Positions 21,510 through 33,584 of a stretch of DNA of 64,000 nt are shown here, in pieces (the first letter of the stretch is position 1; the number at the start of each line of letters is the position of its first letter). The DNA lies in assembly GCA_002269645.1 (NCBI GenBank), contig NIVC01000136.1:1-64000 (forward strand), in the 5' to 3' direction. Below the pieces are notes generated by a model. It saw only the letters and a list, made by a program, of their open reading frames with translations, was not told the origin of the DNA and ran no database searches. A program made the translations under genes and the position numbers. The DNA is from Macrostomum lignano (Eukaryota).

Positions 21510-22127
21510 ATTGGAATTCAAATTGAAAGATAAGAATTTTGAGTGATAATGAAAAGAAAGGATAGTAGGGGTTGTGTGCGAGAAACGAGAAAGGTATGAA
21601 GTCTATAATGTCACGCGTTTTAAACTCAGCAACAACCCAATCCCAAAAAGCTGGACACCATTTGTACACTGTTAGACTGTCAGTGTGTACAGCAAGCCTA
21701 AATTCACTCCAATACCCGCCTGCTAATTGGTCAGGACTTTTTTATTATTCAATACTCTATCTCAAACACCTAACTCTAACTCTCCTATGTGAAAGGATTC
21801 AGATAAATTTTCTGAAGCAGGCGCAAGCCTCAGTAGCCAATGTACATCTTTCTCTGTGGCACTTTTGGACTTTTTTATAATCAGACGGTTTTATTACATT
21901 TTGGAGGGTCAGTCTCAACATGGTTCGTATATTGTGAATCAATTAGACACTGTATATATGTGCATGTATTTCACTCTCTCACTATCCCTCTCTCCAGCAT
22001 TTAAAGTTAGTTTGTCAATTGTGCACGGGGAGATTTTATAATGTACAATCTTTTCTCGCAGTCTACATTTATAGTTCTCTAGCCTGGCGACAAAAATACT
22101 ACTTTACTGGGCGCATTCCCATTCATT

Positions 22128-22670
22128 CCCCAGATAGCAAGCATCCCCCAGATAGCAAGCATCCCCAAATAGCAAGCATCCCCCAGATAGCAAGCATCCC
22201 CCAGATAGCAAGCATCCCCAAATAGCAAGCATCCCCCAGATAGCAAGCATCCCCCAGATAGCAAGCATCCCCAGATAGCAAGCATCCCCAGATAGCAAGC
22301 ATCCCCAAATAGCAAGCATCCACCAGACAATAAGTAGCTAGTGCAACAATTTCCTTAGCTTTATAGTGGCTCCTTTAAATTGGCATGGCGCTTTATACCT
22401 TTACATTTGAAATTGTATATCTTTAATGTTTGACATGGTGGCTCTTTAATGTTTGACATGGTGGCTCTTCTATGTTTGACATGGTGGCTCTTTTAATGGT
22501 CGACATGGTGGCTCTTTAATGTTCGAAATGGTTGGCTCTTTAATGTTGTTAATGGTGTCTGTTTTATGTTTAACATGGTGGCTCTTTAATGTTTTACATG
22601 GTAACTCTTTTATGTTCGATATGGTGGCTCTTTTATTTTTGACATGGTGGCTCTTTTATGTTTGACATTG
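22128..22670 (+). repeat. Second copy of the composite module (18-bp array + unique linker + 23-bp array)
   Basis: Linker CCACCAGACAATAAGTAGCTAGTGCAACAATTTCCTTAGCT is identical to ~12946-12986. Confidence 0.9.
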
Positions 22671-22731
22671 CGCTTCTTTTATGTTTAGCAGTTTTTTGTT
22701 TTTAAGTTGTTTTAATAAAAAAATCATTTTG

Positions 22732-22795
22732 CGCTACTTAGATTCGAACCCAGATTGCTACATTAGCAGTACAGTCTGTTCGCATCTAGGCTATC
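22732..22795 (-). other. tRNA-Ser(GCU)-like degenerate segment inside the Helitron
   Basis: - strand GATAGCCTAGATG...CTGTA-CTGCTAA-TGTAG...GGGTTCGAATC: anticodon loop CTGCTAA plus B box; acceptor stem not recognisable. Confidence 0.5.
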
Positions 22796-23229
22796 TTTTT
22801 TCAATTGGAGCACATGAATTGTGGCCCTTATAATTCAATTCTTACATCAAGTCAATTGGAGTAAAAAGTTATGACATAATCAATTTCTCAGTCAGCCAGA
22901 ATCAGTCTCAATTTAAGTTAGCAATATGGTTACGCAATTTAAATCAAGTCGTGTGTGCATTTCTTCGACACTGTTTTCAATTTGTTGCGATGCAATCTTT
23001 ATCAGAATTGAAATTCAGCCAGTCAGTTTTTTCTCTAGCATTCTTACAATGCATTTCAAGTCGAAATTTTGCTTGACCTTTGCAAGAAAGCATGTTTTTC
23101 GAATATTTAATCCCTTTCACATTTAGCAATTTCTTAGCTAAGATGCATGTACCGTCCCAGAAAAATTTCTGATCGAATGGTGCAACTTTGAAGAAAATCG
23201 GTTGAGCCGTTTTTTCTGAAATCAATCGC

Positions 23230-23279
23230 ATACCCATATACATACATACATACAGACAACTCATTTTTAGGATATAGGA
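23230..23279 (-). other. Inner (second) Helitron 5' terminus
   Basis: - strand A|TCCTATATCCTAAAAATGAGTTGTCTGTATGTATG...GGCTCAACCGATTTT, the same layout as the outer end at 23774. Confidence 0.7.
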
Positions 23280-24544
23280 TGCTTTGGCACTGCAGTCAAA
23301 TACATAGCAGTGATAGGCTGCTCAGTGTGCACAGGTTGTATGCAGGCAGAGCCAATGCACAGTTGAGTGAAATCTATTAATAGCAATTGTCTATGCAGTC
23401 CGCCAGTCAGCCAGGGTCAGAATGTACACACGCAGCCACTGAGCATTATTTTCCTCTCCCTTATTGCAGCCAGTATTGAGGCGTACACAGTGAACAGAGA
23501 AAAGTTGTGGCGCAATCTTAATTGGAATTGAAATTCAGTTAGTGAGATTTTGACCTTTTCTAGCCGCCCATTGAAAGCATTGGGAAAACTCGTTTTTCGA
23601 ATATTTAACCATCTTCCCATTCGAATTTTTTAAATGCAATTACACCCACACAATCTCACAAGAATTTGCAATTGAATGAAGCAAGTTTGAAAAAAATCGG
23701 TTCAGGCATTCAGGCTGTAGACTGGAATACCGGTCAGACAGACAGACAAACCTTAGAGATTTAGTATATTGTGATTGATGGTGCGCTGGTACACAAAATT
23801 TTGCTAAGAAATTGCTTCATTTTTTCGGGCTTAAATATTCGAAAAACTCGATTTTTGCACCGTTTTTTAAAGTTCAAACAGTTCTTTCCAATTGAGAAGC
23901 ATTCTGACTGCCGATGGAATTCTATTGCATCATAACTCAGTTCTCTACACTCGCGTGGAGAGCTACAAGGGTTGAAAGGTTGCGCAACACCTTTTAGTTA
24001 TTGAAATTGAGGGGCGGGTGTCGCTATTCAATTTGTCTTGGGCATTTCCTTGGTTGTTAATTTTAATGCATCAACTTGCAGGCCTCTCACTGTAGCTGGT
24101 GTTGAATGTACACCTTATGAATTTGAATGCTTTAAAGCAGGAATGTTCAATCGTTGTTTGCGCTTCGAGTTTTTCACTTTCAGAAGAGAGCCTTGTATTG
24201 CTGGAAAGAGCTAGAAACGCTGAGTTCGGGAATATAATTTGTTTGCTGAGATTCGAAAAATTAAGAGCACAGCATTGAAAAGAAGATTTCTATGCTTTTC
24301 ACTTTATATACTTATTGTACACTCTCCCATATCGCAAACCCCTACTCCACGATTCAAGCCAGCGCCATTTGATTTAGATTTAGATTGCGTAACCATTTTG
24401 TTGACTTTAATTGTTGACTTTAATAATTGAAACTGATATTGACTGCTGCCTGAGAAATTGATTGCTTCGAGTGATTTCTATTCTATGCTTGGAGTTTTCA
24501 GTGTTGAATTATATTATAAGTGCTAAAATTCATGTCATCAAAGC

Positions 24545-24606
24545 GATGAGAGCTAGCCTAGAGGTGAACAGACTGAACTGCTAATGCAGCGACGTGGGTT
24601 CGAATT
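24545..24606 (+). other. tRNA-Ser(GCU)-like degenerate segment
   Basis: GATGAG...TAGCCTAGAGGT...ACTGCTAAT...CGTGGGTTCGAAT. The ACTGCTAAT and CGTGGGTTCGAAT blocks match metazoan tRNA-Ser(GCU) as recalled; variable arm and acceptor stem absent. Confidence 0.5.
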
Positions 24607-24904
24607 TTTAGAGAGTAAAAGTTTTTTATTAAAAAGTTTAATTTCAAGACAGTTAAAGGAAACTTAAAAAAACGTCAGGTAAATCAGGTAAAAGAGAAGA
24701 AGCTACGAGCGTTCATATAGTATATTCAATTTTTTTATTAAACTTTCAATTTTGAAAAGGATTATTGCACTAGATAAGAAATTAATTATTGTACTAGCTG
24801 AGGAAATCGTTTTACTATCTCGCTTGGGGTACTTTCTATCAGGGGATGCTTGCTATCGGAAGGACGCTTGCTCTTAAGGGAGGGATGCTTGCTCGGGGGA
24901 GATT

Positions 24905-27330
24905 GCTAAGATGTCAAAACATACTGGGGAATTATTCAGATATGCAGGCTTACTGGGGGAATTACTGAGATGTCAAGGCTTAAGAGGAAATTGCTGAGAT
25001 TTCAAGGCGTGGGGGGAATTTCTGAGTTGTCAGGGCTTTGGACTGGGAGAAATTGCTAAGATGCGAAGACTTACTGGGGGAATCACTGAGATGTAAAGGC
25101 TTATAGGGGGAATTGCTGAGATGTTAAGGCTTGGGGGGATTTCTGAGATATAAAGGCTTAAGGGGGGAACTGCTGGCGTGGGGGGAATTTCTAAAATATC
25201 AAGTCTTGGGGGAGGGGAATTGCTGAGATTTCAAAGCTTAAGAGGGAACTGCTGAGATAGCAAGGCTTTGGACGGGGAAAAATTGGTAAGATGTCAAAAC
25301 TTACTGGGAGAATCACTGAGATACAAAGGCTTACTTGGAGGACTGCTGAGATGTCAAGGCTTGGGGAAAATTTATGAGATGTCAAGTCTTGGGAGGGGGA
25401 ATTCCTGAAATTTCAAGTCTTGAGAGCGTATTGCTGGGATAAAGCTTAAGAGAGAATTACTGAGGTGTCAAGGCTTGGGGGAATTGTTGAGATGTCAATT
25501 CTTGGGGGAATTCTATGGATTGGGGATTCTTTCCACAAGGGCTGCTTCTAATGGATATCTTTAGATAGGTGATTCATTGGGAAATTCCTTCGATGGGGGA
25601 TTCTTTCGATGGAGGGTTCTTTGAATGGGGGATTCTTTAGATGAAGGATTCATTCGATAAAGGGATCCTTTTGGATATGGGATTGTTTGGACGGGGACTC
25701 TTTAGATGAGTCTTCGGATAGGGGATTCTATCGATGGGAGGTTTTTTGGATGGGGGATTCTTTGCATGTGAGATTCTTTGTATCGTGGATTCTATGGGTG
25801 GTGGATTCTTTGGATGGGAGATTATTTATATGGGAGATTCAGTTGGGTGAAATTTTATTGTGTGGGAAAACTGTGGTTGGAGTTTGGATGAAAAGCCCAA
25901 ACGGGGGTTGGAATTGGCTAGCTGAGGAAATTGTTTCACTCATCTTGCTGGGGGTACTGTCTATCAAGGGATGCTTGCTATCAGAAGGACGCTTGCTCTT
26001 GGGGGATGCTTGCTCGGAAGAGAATTCTATGATGTCAAGATTTACAGGGGAATTATTGAGATACATGTATAAAATCTTACCTTAAGAGAGACTTGCTGAG
26101 ATGCCAAGGCTTGTGAGGGGAATTGCTAGATGTCAAGTCTTAGGGGTAAACTGCTGAGATGTAAGTCTTAGGGGTAAACTGCTGAGATGTCAAGTCTTAG
26201 GGGTAAACTGCTGAGATGTCTAATCTTGTCGCCGTCGGGGAATTGCTGAGATTCCAAGGCTTAAGAGGGACTTGCTCAAATGTCAAAGCTTGGGGGAATC
26301 AAGGCTCAAGAGGGAGTTCCTGAGATGTCAACTTTTGGGAAGGAGAATTACTCAGATGTCAAGGCTTGGGGATTGCTGAGATGTGAAGGCTTAAGAAGGA
26401 ATTGCTGCGGTGTCAAGTATTGGGAGGGAAATCGCTGAGATGCCAAGGCTTTGGACGGGGAGAAATTGCTAAGATGTCAAGACTTACTGGAAGAATTACT
26501 GAGATATGAAAGCTTACTGGGGGATTACTGATATGTCAAGGCTTGGGGAGGGGAATTACTGATATGTCAAGTCTTGGGGAGGGGAATTACTGATATGTCA
26601 AGGCTTGGGGAGGGGAATTACTGAGAAGTCAAGGCTTTGGACGGGGAGAAATTGGTAAGATGTCAAGGCTTGCGCCGGAATTGCTGAGATGTCAATGCTT
26701 GGGGGAAAGTTCTGAGGTGTCGAGGCTTGGGGGAATGGCTGAGATGTTAAGTCTTGGGGGCAATTCTATGGATTGATGATTCTTTGGATGAAGGATGCTT
26801 TTAATGTATATCTTTGATTCATTGAGGAATTCCTTCGATGGGGCATTGTTTCGATGGAGGATTTTTTGAATCGGGGATTCTTTAGATAAAGGATTCTTTT
26901 GATGGGGGATATTTGGACGGGGGTTCTTTAGATGGGGAAATTATTTGGCCAAGAATTCTATTGATAGGTGGATTATCTGGATGGGGATTATTTGGACGGG
27001 GTTCTTTAGATGAGGAAATTCTTTGGCCAAGAATTCTATTGATAGGGGGATTATTTGGATGGGAGATTCTTTGGATTATTTGGATGGGGATTTGTGGATG
27101 GGGATTATGATATGAATTATTTGGGGGGATTCTTTGGATATGGATGGATGGAGGATTCTTTGAATGGGGATTCTGTGGATGGGGATTTCTTGAGTAGGGG
27201 ATTCATTGGATGGGGAATCCTTCAGATGGGAGGATTCCTTGAAAGAGGAATTCTTCGGATCGGTGATTCTATCCATGGGGGTTCTTTGGATAGGGGATTC
27301 TTTGCATGTGAGATTTTTTGCATCGGAGAT
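24905..27330 (+). repeat. Degenerate G-rich minisatellites (~28-bp GGGGAATTGCTGAGATGTCAAGGCTT arrays alternating with GGGGATTCTTTGGAT-type arrays)
   Basis: Two successive blocks, ~24905-25850 and ~26010-27330. Confidence 0.8.
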
Positions 27331-27455
27331 TTTGTGGATGTGGAAAACTGTGATTGGAGTTTGGACGCAAAGCCCCAACGGGGGTTGGAATTGGCTAGTA
27401 ATAATAACTAACTGAGAGACCTAGTCAAGCCATACACATAAATAACTATCTGACA

Positions 27456-27740
<285 letters not shown>

Positions 27741-28234
27741 TCTCTAGTGCGCGTTCAGCTACACGCGCTACTCTGTGTGAGTTGCTGCCTCTCTCTCGAA
27801 TGTGGGAACTCTGACTATGGACCTGGGGTCTCAGCTTCCCAATAGGTTAGGCTGCAGGCGAGCGTTTCTAAGTAAGAGGCGCACAACAATATCCATCTAG
27901 CTGTTGATATTTTCGTCTGCGCAGGTATGATTTCATTAGCATTTTAGACCGAAAAATTATTTTGATCAAGAGCTCAGGAGAGCTGCCAGTATCAATAGCG
28001 GCAATGGATGCAGCTGATGGATTTCATCCGGGGCCGATTCAGCTGTGACGGCCCGCTGGCTCACACAGGCAGCGAAGCAAAGCAGCTCCGCTAGACTGAA
28101 TCAATCGGCTTCTCCCTGCCAGATTCTGCCTCATCTGAGCTTCCGCCTGCAGTCTCAGGGGCTCGATTTGTAAAAACAGTCGAAGTTAATTAGCTTTCGG
28201 TTGATTTCTTTTTGAGATTCAAATATTACCTTTT

Positions 28235-30245
28235 CAGGACTTGCACCGCTCCTGAGTGTCCTTTAGGACTGGCACTGCTCCTGAGTGTCCTTCAGGACTC
28301 GCACCGCTCCTGAGTGTCCTTCAGGACTGGCACCACTCCTGGGTGTCCTTTAGGACTGGCACCACTCCTGGGTGTCCTTTAGGACTGGCACCACTCCTGG
28401 GTGTCCTTTAGGACTGGCACCACTCCTGGGTCTCCTTTAGGACTGGCACCACTCCTGGGTGTCCTTTAGGACTGGCACCACTCCTGGGTGTCCTTTAGGA
28501 CTGGCACCACTCCTGGGAGTCCTTTAGGACTGGCACCACTCCTGGGTGTCCTTTAGGACTGGCACCGCTCCTGAGTGTCCTTCAGGATTGGCACCGCTCC
28601 TGAGTGTCCTTCAGGACTCGCACCGCTCCTGAGTGTTCTTTAGGACTGGCACTGCTCCTGAGTGTCCTTCAGGACTCGCACCGCTCCTGAGTGTCCTTAA
28701 GGACTGGCACCGGTCCTGAGTGTCCTTCAGGACTGGCACCGGTCCTGAGTGTCCTTCAGGACTGGCACCGCTCCTGAGTGTCCTTCAGGACTGGCACCGC
28801 TCCTGAGTGTCCTTCAGGACTCGCACCGCTCCTGAGTGTCCTTCAGGACTGGCACCGCTCCTGAGTGTCCTTCAGGACTCGCACTGCTCCTGAGTGTCCT
28901 TCAGGATTGGCACCGCTCCTGAGTGTCCTTCAGGACTCGCACCGCTCCTGAGTGTTCTTTAGGACTGACACTGCTCCTGAGTGTCCTTCAGGACTCGCAC
29001 CGCTCCTGAGTGTCCTTTAGGACTGGCACCGGTCCTGAGTGTCTTTCAGGACTGGCACTGCTCCTGAGTGTCCTACAGGGCTCGCACCGCTCCTGAGTGT
29101 CCTTTAGGACTGGCACCGTTCCTGAGTGTCCTATAGGACTGGCACCGGTCCGGAGTGTCCTTCAGGACTGGCACCGCTCCTGAGTGTCCTTTAGGACTGG
29201 CACTGCTCCTGAGTGTCCTTCAGGACTCGCACCGCTCCTGAGTGTCCTTCAGGACTGGCACCACTCCTGGGTGTCCTTTAGGACTGGCACCACTCCTGGG
29301 TGTCCTTTAGGACTGGCACCACTCCTGGGTGTCCTTTAGGACTGGCACCACTCCTGGGTCTCCTTTAGGACTGGCACCACTCCTGGGTGTCCTTTAGGAC
29401 TGGCACCACTCCTGGGTGTCCTTTAGGACTGGCACCACTCCTGGGAGTCCTTTAGGACTGGCACCACTCCTGGGTGTCCTTTAGGACTGGCACCGCTCCT
29501 GAGTGTCCTTCAGGATTGGCACCGCTCCTGAGTGTCCTTCAGGACTCGCACCGCTCCTGAGTGTTCTTTAGGACTGGCACTGCTCCTGAGTGTCCTTCAG
29601 GACTCGCACCGCTCCTGAGTGTCCTTAAGGACTGGCACCGGTCCTGAGTGTCCTTCAGGACTGGCACCGGTCCTGAGTGTCCTTCAGGACTGGCACCGCT
29701 CCTGAGTGTCCTTCAGGACTGGCACCGCTCCTGAGTGTCCTTCAGGACTCGCACCGCTCCTGAGTGTCCTTCAGGACTGGCACCGCTCCTGAGTGTCCTT
29801 CAGGACTCGCACTGCTCCTGAGTGTCCTTCAGGATTGGCACCGCTCCTGAGTGTCCTTCAGGACTCGCACCGCTCCTGAGTGTTCTTTAGGACTGACACT
29901 GCTCCTGAGTGTCCTTCAGGACTCGCACCGCTCCTGAGTGTCCTTTAGGACTGGCACCGGTCCTGAGTGTCTTTCAGGACTGGCACTGCTCCTGAGTGTC
30001 CTACAGGGCTCGCACCGCTCCTGAGTGTCCTTTAGGACTGGCACCGTTCCTGAGTGTCCTATAGGACTGGCACCGGTCCGGAGTGTCCTTCAGGACTGGC
30101 ACCGCTCCTGAGTGTCCGTCAGGACTCGCACCGCTCCTGAGTGTCCTTTAGGACTGGCACCGTTCCTGAGTGTCCTTTAGGACTGGCACCGGTCCTGAGT
30201 GTCCTTCAGGACTGGCACTGCTCCTCGGTTTCCTTCAGGACTGGC
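28235..30245 (+). repeat. 29-bp minisatellite (GGACTGGCACCGCTCCTGAGTGTCCTTCA), ~69 copies, with a 928-bp higher-order duplication
   Basis: Variant markers recur exactly 928 bp apart (GGATTGG 28585/29513; CTACAGGG 29073/30001), i.e. 32 monomers. Confidence 0.95.
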
Positions 30246-31291
30246 TCCAGGGAACTCCAAGAGAATCGACCGTATTCCAGGGTCATTCATTCTTTCTCTT
30301 CGCTGTTGAAAGTGCGGAGCAGATCTCCTTGCTATTACTCGGCACAAGCTCATCTCCCTCGGCACACACCCGGATTTCTCTAACGTTTTCGGACCCGAGA
30401 ACTAACGGCGCTACCCGCTACCTAAGGGCAACCGGGCGAGCGACCATCCACCTCCTGGACCACCGGATCTACTTGTTTCCAGCTAAGCCCTTTCTGGACT
30501 TCTGATTCAAGATTTCAAGCATGTACTAAAAGCCTTCGATGCTCAACGGTGTTTTCAAAGTCTTCAGATCGATTTCATCAAGTGAGCACTTGTTCTGCAT
30601 CATGACCGCACAAACAGCTTCCCAAACAACATCAAAACCGATAGGTCGAGCAGACAGCTGATCCGGTCACCCGTGGCGAGTTCGCGTCTGCAGCTGTAAC
30701 GGATTTATTTAGAGTCCCTTTTGACGTCATGTAGAGGCTCTGCAGCTGGGCTCCGCTAATACAGGGCCTGGGTCTTGACATCTTTGATTGCTGCATCACT
30801 ATATTAAAAGAGAATCCAAATTATACAACATCCAATGTTATATAAAAATAATTACACAAAAATAAATAGCACAAAATCTTTTCAATCAATCATTCAATCT
30901 CGTGAAGCATGCATTTCACACATCCACTAAAACAACTTGAGTACTTAAACTGGCAAAAAACCATGATATTATTTAATCCGACGAATTACACAAGAAATTA
31001 TTCATTATCTGTCAGAGAACAGTATGATTAGGTCCACAAAATGACTAAAAAACTTTCATTTCTTTGAAATAAGGAATTACATTGAATTAAAGGGTACATT
31101 GAAAGGTAAGTAACTATCAAAGAAAGATTACGAGGTATTGAAACGTTTTGATAAAAAGGGTTGTTAAATTTTTGGACAAGAAAACTGAAGCGAGAAGGTT
31201 AAAATTCTTTGACATGATTTTTACCTCTAAATTGGGGTTCTTAAAGTTCGTCAGCTCTGCTCAGCCGCACGAGCACCTGCTGCATTCGCAC

Positions 31292-32052
31292 TCAGCGGCG
31301 GACAAAGAAGTCGCCGCTGCTGGCGCTGCTGAGCGCGGCCGGGACCGCAGCGAACTCCAGCAGGTGGCACAGGCGCTGCTGCTGGCTGAAGATCACCGCC
31401 TGGCAACCGGAGCGGCACCGGTACAGGCACTCGGGCAGCCCGGCACACTGCAGTGTTCTGAAGGCGGGCGCATCTGGGACGCTCAGCTCAACGAAGGTCC
31501 GGTTGCCGGGGACGAACACGTTCCGGTCTGCAGATGTAGAATGGGGGCCAGTTGCATTAACACCAAAGATTTCTACACAAAAAGCAATTTGTACTTTAAC
31601 CTACTCATGCAAGCGTCTTCCGAACTGCCCGTGTAGCTCAGTCGGAGCACGCGGTTTCGAAATTCGCCTCCGCAGTTCTGGCCCGAGTTTCCACTGCAAA
31701 CATGGCTGCACTCCCAGTAAGGAGCAGCGCCCAGCGACCCGTAGGAGTTGCCGCAGTAGCACCAGCGTATGGCCTGCAGAGCCGCGAACCGGAAGCCGCC
31801 CAGAGCGCAGGCGCTGCTGCACAGCTCGTGAGTCATCTGGCCGCTGTTGATAGCATAGTCTACCTGAGATACGCCGGAGCTACCGATCCGTGTGAGTCCA
31901 ATGTTCTTCATGCCATCTAAGTCTCTGATGCCATTCTTCGAGTAGTCAACGAAGCAGCCGAGGTCTGAGATCTGGAACTGGCGGCAGAGAGCGGCGAAGA
32001 TGAGGCAGCTCAGGATCGGAGCGCAGAAGCAGGTCCTGTACAGAGCCGGCAT
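31292..32052 (-). CDS. Secreted WSC-domain + PAN/Apple-like-domain protein, 2 exons (32052-31605, 31527-31292), 227 aa
   Basis: Hydrophobic N-terminus; WSC pattern LGCFVD...MTHELCSSAC...FAALQ..WCYCGN...ECSHVCSG..QNCGG..RNRV; exon 2 ECLYRC..GCQAVIFSQQQRLCHL (PAN/Apple-like). 78-nt GT-AG phase-1 intron; CDS 684 nt. Confidence 0.82.
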
Positions 32053-33348
32053 GGCAGGCTGATTGCCAGTGCGAATTTCAGAGAAAATTGGCAGAGTTCA
32101 GACTCAGAGTAGAGAGAGAGCGGATTCGCAGCGAGTGGCCTCATCGCAGCTGTTTCAAGCGTATTATATTTGCCAGCACAGAGACACTGGGCCTTCAATA
32201 CAGAACCCATGACGGGTTCGCACAGCCGCGCGAGCCCTGATTGGAATCCGTTGGCTGCAGCCATTTTGTCAAAGCCAACAGGTGTGAATGAAAAATAGAT
32301 TTAAATCCATGAATTCCTGGGCTGCAGTTTCAGAAATATTTGCAGCAACAAAGCTTGCTGTGGGCCCTTCATCAAGGATGAGTTAGCACATATGAAATAA
32401 CTGAGCGTCTAATTCAGACGCACAAGGATTTTTTGCACACCTTTGCGGCTCGCATATACTCGCGTTAGACGAGGCCAAGTAAGAAAAAAAGGGAAGTGAA
32501 GTGGCGCGCTTTATTCACTATAAATAATTTACATAATATAGAGAGAGCGATCGAGACAGTCCAATCAGAGGCTTCTGACGGACTGGTGCAAGGATTTTGC
32601 TAGAACTAGAACCTGGACTAGAAACTTTTTTGTGGGGGCGAACTATCTTAGAAATAATAGGAAATTACTCGATCATATACGGCCCTGTTTGCACTTGCAA
32701 AACAAGTTCATTAGGTACCGAACCAAATGGTAGGGTATTCTACAGGTATACTTACACAATCCATACTGATACCCACAAAGAACGGAAGAAAAGACCCCAA
32801 CTTGGATCAACCAAGTTCTTCGAAAACTCTTCGATATATTTCTGAATTATAAGAATAGAATAGAGGCAAAATTTGTGTTGCAAACCGCCGTAGACAACAC
32901 GAGTAATATTCAGGGCACAACACATTTTGTTGACGAGGCCCACAACCAAGAGCATGCGCTAAAAAGAATCGGATGCTACCACCGCGAGTCAGCTTGAAAT
33001 ACAATTAAAACAGCACCCAAATACCACAGTGACTCGTTCGATGGTCCTGAAAAGCACATCGACTGTAGGACTGTAGGTCCGAATTCGAAAATCCCCACAT
33101 TTCCGTCCTATTCACCGTCTAATATTTTCGGGGGGGGGGACTTAAACTAAGCGATTCAAAATATTCCGCGATTCGTCTTCCGCGACGACCCAACTCGTTT
33201 GCTACTCACCCCTTACTATCCAATGCCTACAAGGAAGCTTCGAAGTGTCTGTATCTAAGGTAATCGTCGAAGACCTCTGAACGTGTCCTGAGGATGCACA
33301 CCCAAAAAGACAACACCAAACAATCCCATACATAGATTTTTAATAATT

Positions 33349-33564
33349 TGTTAGCACTGTGATGCACTTTTATTTATTAGAGAATGTACTTTGCTTAGTA
33401 GCCGTCAACGGCTGAGAATTCTATTGATGTCTATGGACATTTGTACAGTTCAATTCGGTGGCTTAAAGAGTTGCCAAAATATAATTGAAAAGACCAAGCG
33501 TCTGCAGAGTTAAGCTAAAGGCTGAGACTCGATCAATTTTCTTACTCGTCCCAAAAAACGAACA
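33349..33564 (+). repeat. 5' LTR (216 bp)
   Basis: TGTTAGC...CGAACA; 2 mismatches to the 3' LTR by manual comparison. Confidence 0.96.
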
Positions 33565-33565
33565 C

Positions 33566-33584
33566 TGGCGACGAGGATGGGATT
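33566..33584 (+). promoter_or_regulatory. Primer-binding site complementary to the tRNA-Ser(GCU) 3' end
   Basis: TGGCGACGAGGATGGGATT is the reverse complement of AATCCCATCCTCGTCGCCA, the 3' end of metazoan tRNA-Ser(GCU) as recalled. Confidence 0.8.

Larger units (their letters stand above)
12663..23774 (-). mobile_element. Full-length coding Helitron (~11.1 kb)
   Basis: 5' end on -: A|TCACAATATACTAAA...TGTCTGTCTGTC at 23774. 3' end: perfect hairpin GCCCCCC-AAC-GGGGGGC (12675-12691) + 8 nt + CTAG|T at 12663. Sits between A and T with no TSD. Encodes RepHel. Confidence 0.88.
23775..27398 (+). mobile_element. 5'-truncated non-autonomous Helitron-related element with a tandemly duplicated 3' region
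   Basis: Shares modules with units 2-4 (24050-24450) and with the coding Helitron (tRNA-like segment, GCTGAGGAAAT, GGATGCTTGCTATC). Ends CCCC-AAC-GGGG...GGAATTGG-CTAG|T at 27398; an earlier copy of this terminus ends at 25921. Confidence 0.7.

Noticed and set aside
22732-24606. Functional tRNA genes
   Set aside because: No acceptor stem or complete cloverleaf; reported only as tRNA-derived segments.
28235-30245. 29-bp repeats and other regular arrays (13060-13935, 57364-58012, 61200-61485) as CRISPR arrays
   Set aside because: Monomers are directly adjacent with no unique spacers, there are no cas genes, and the context is eukaryotic.
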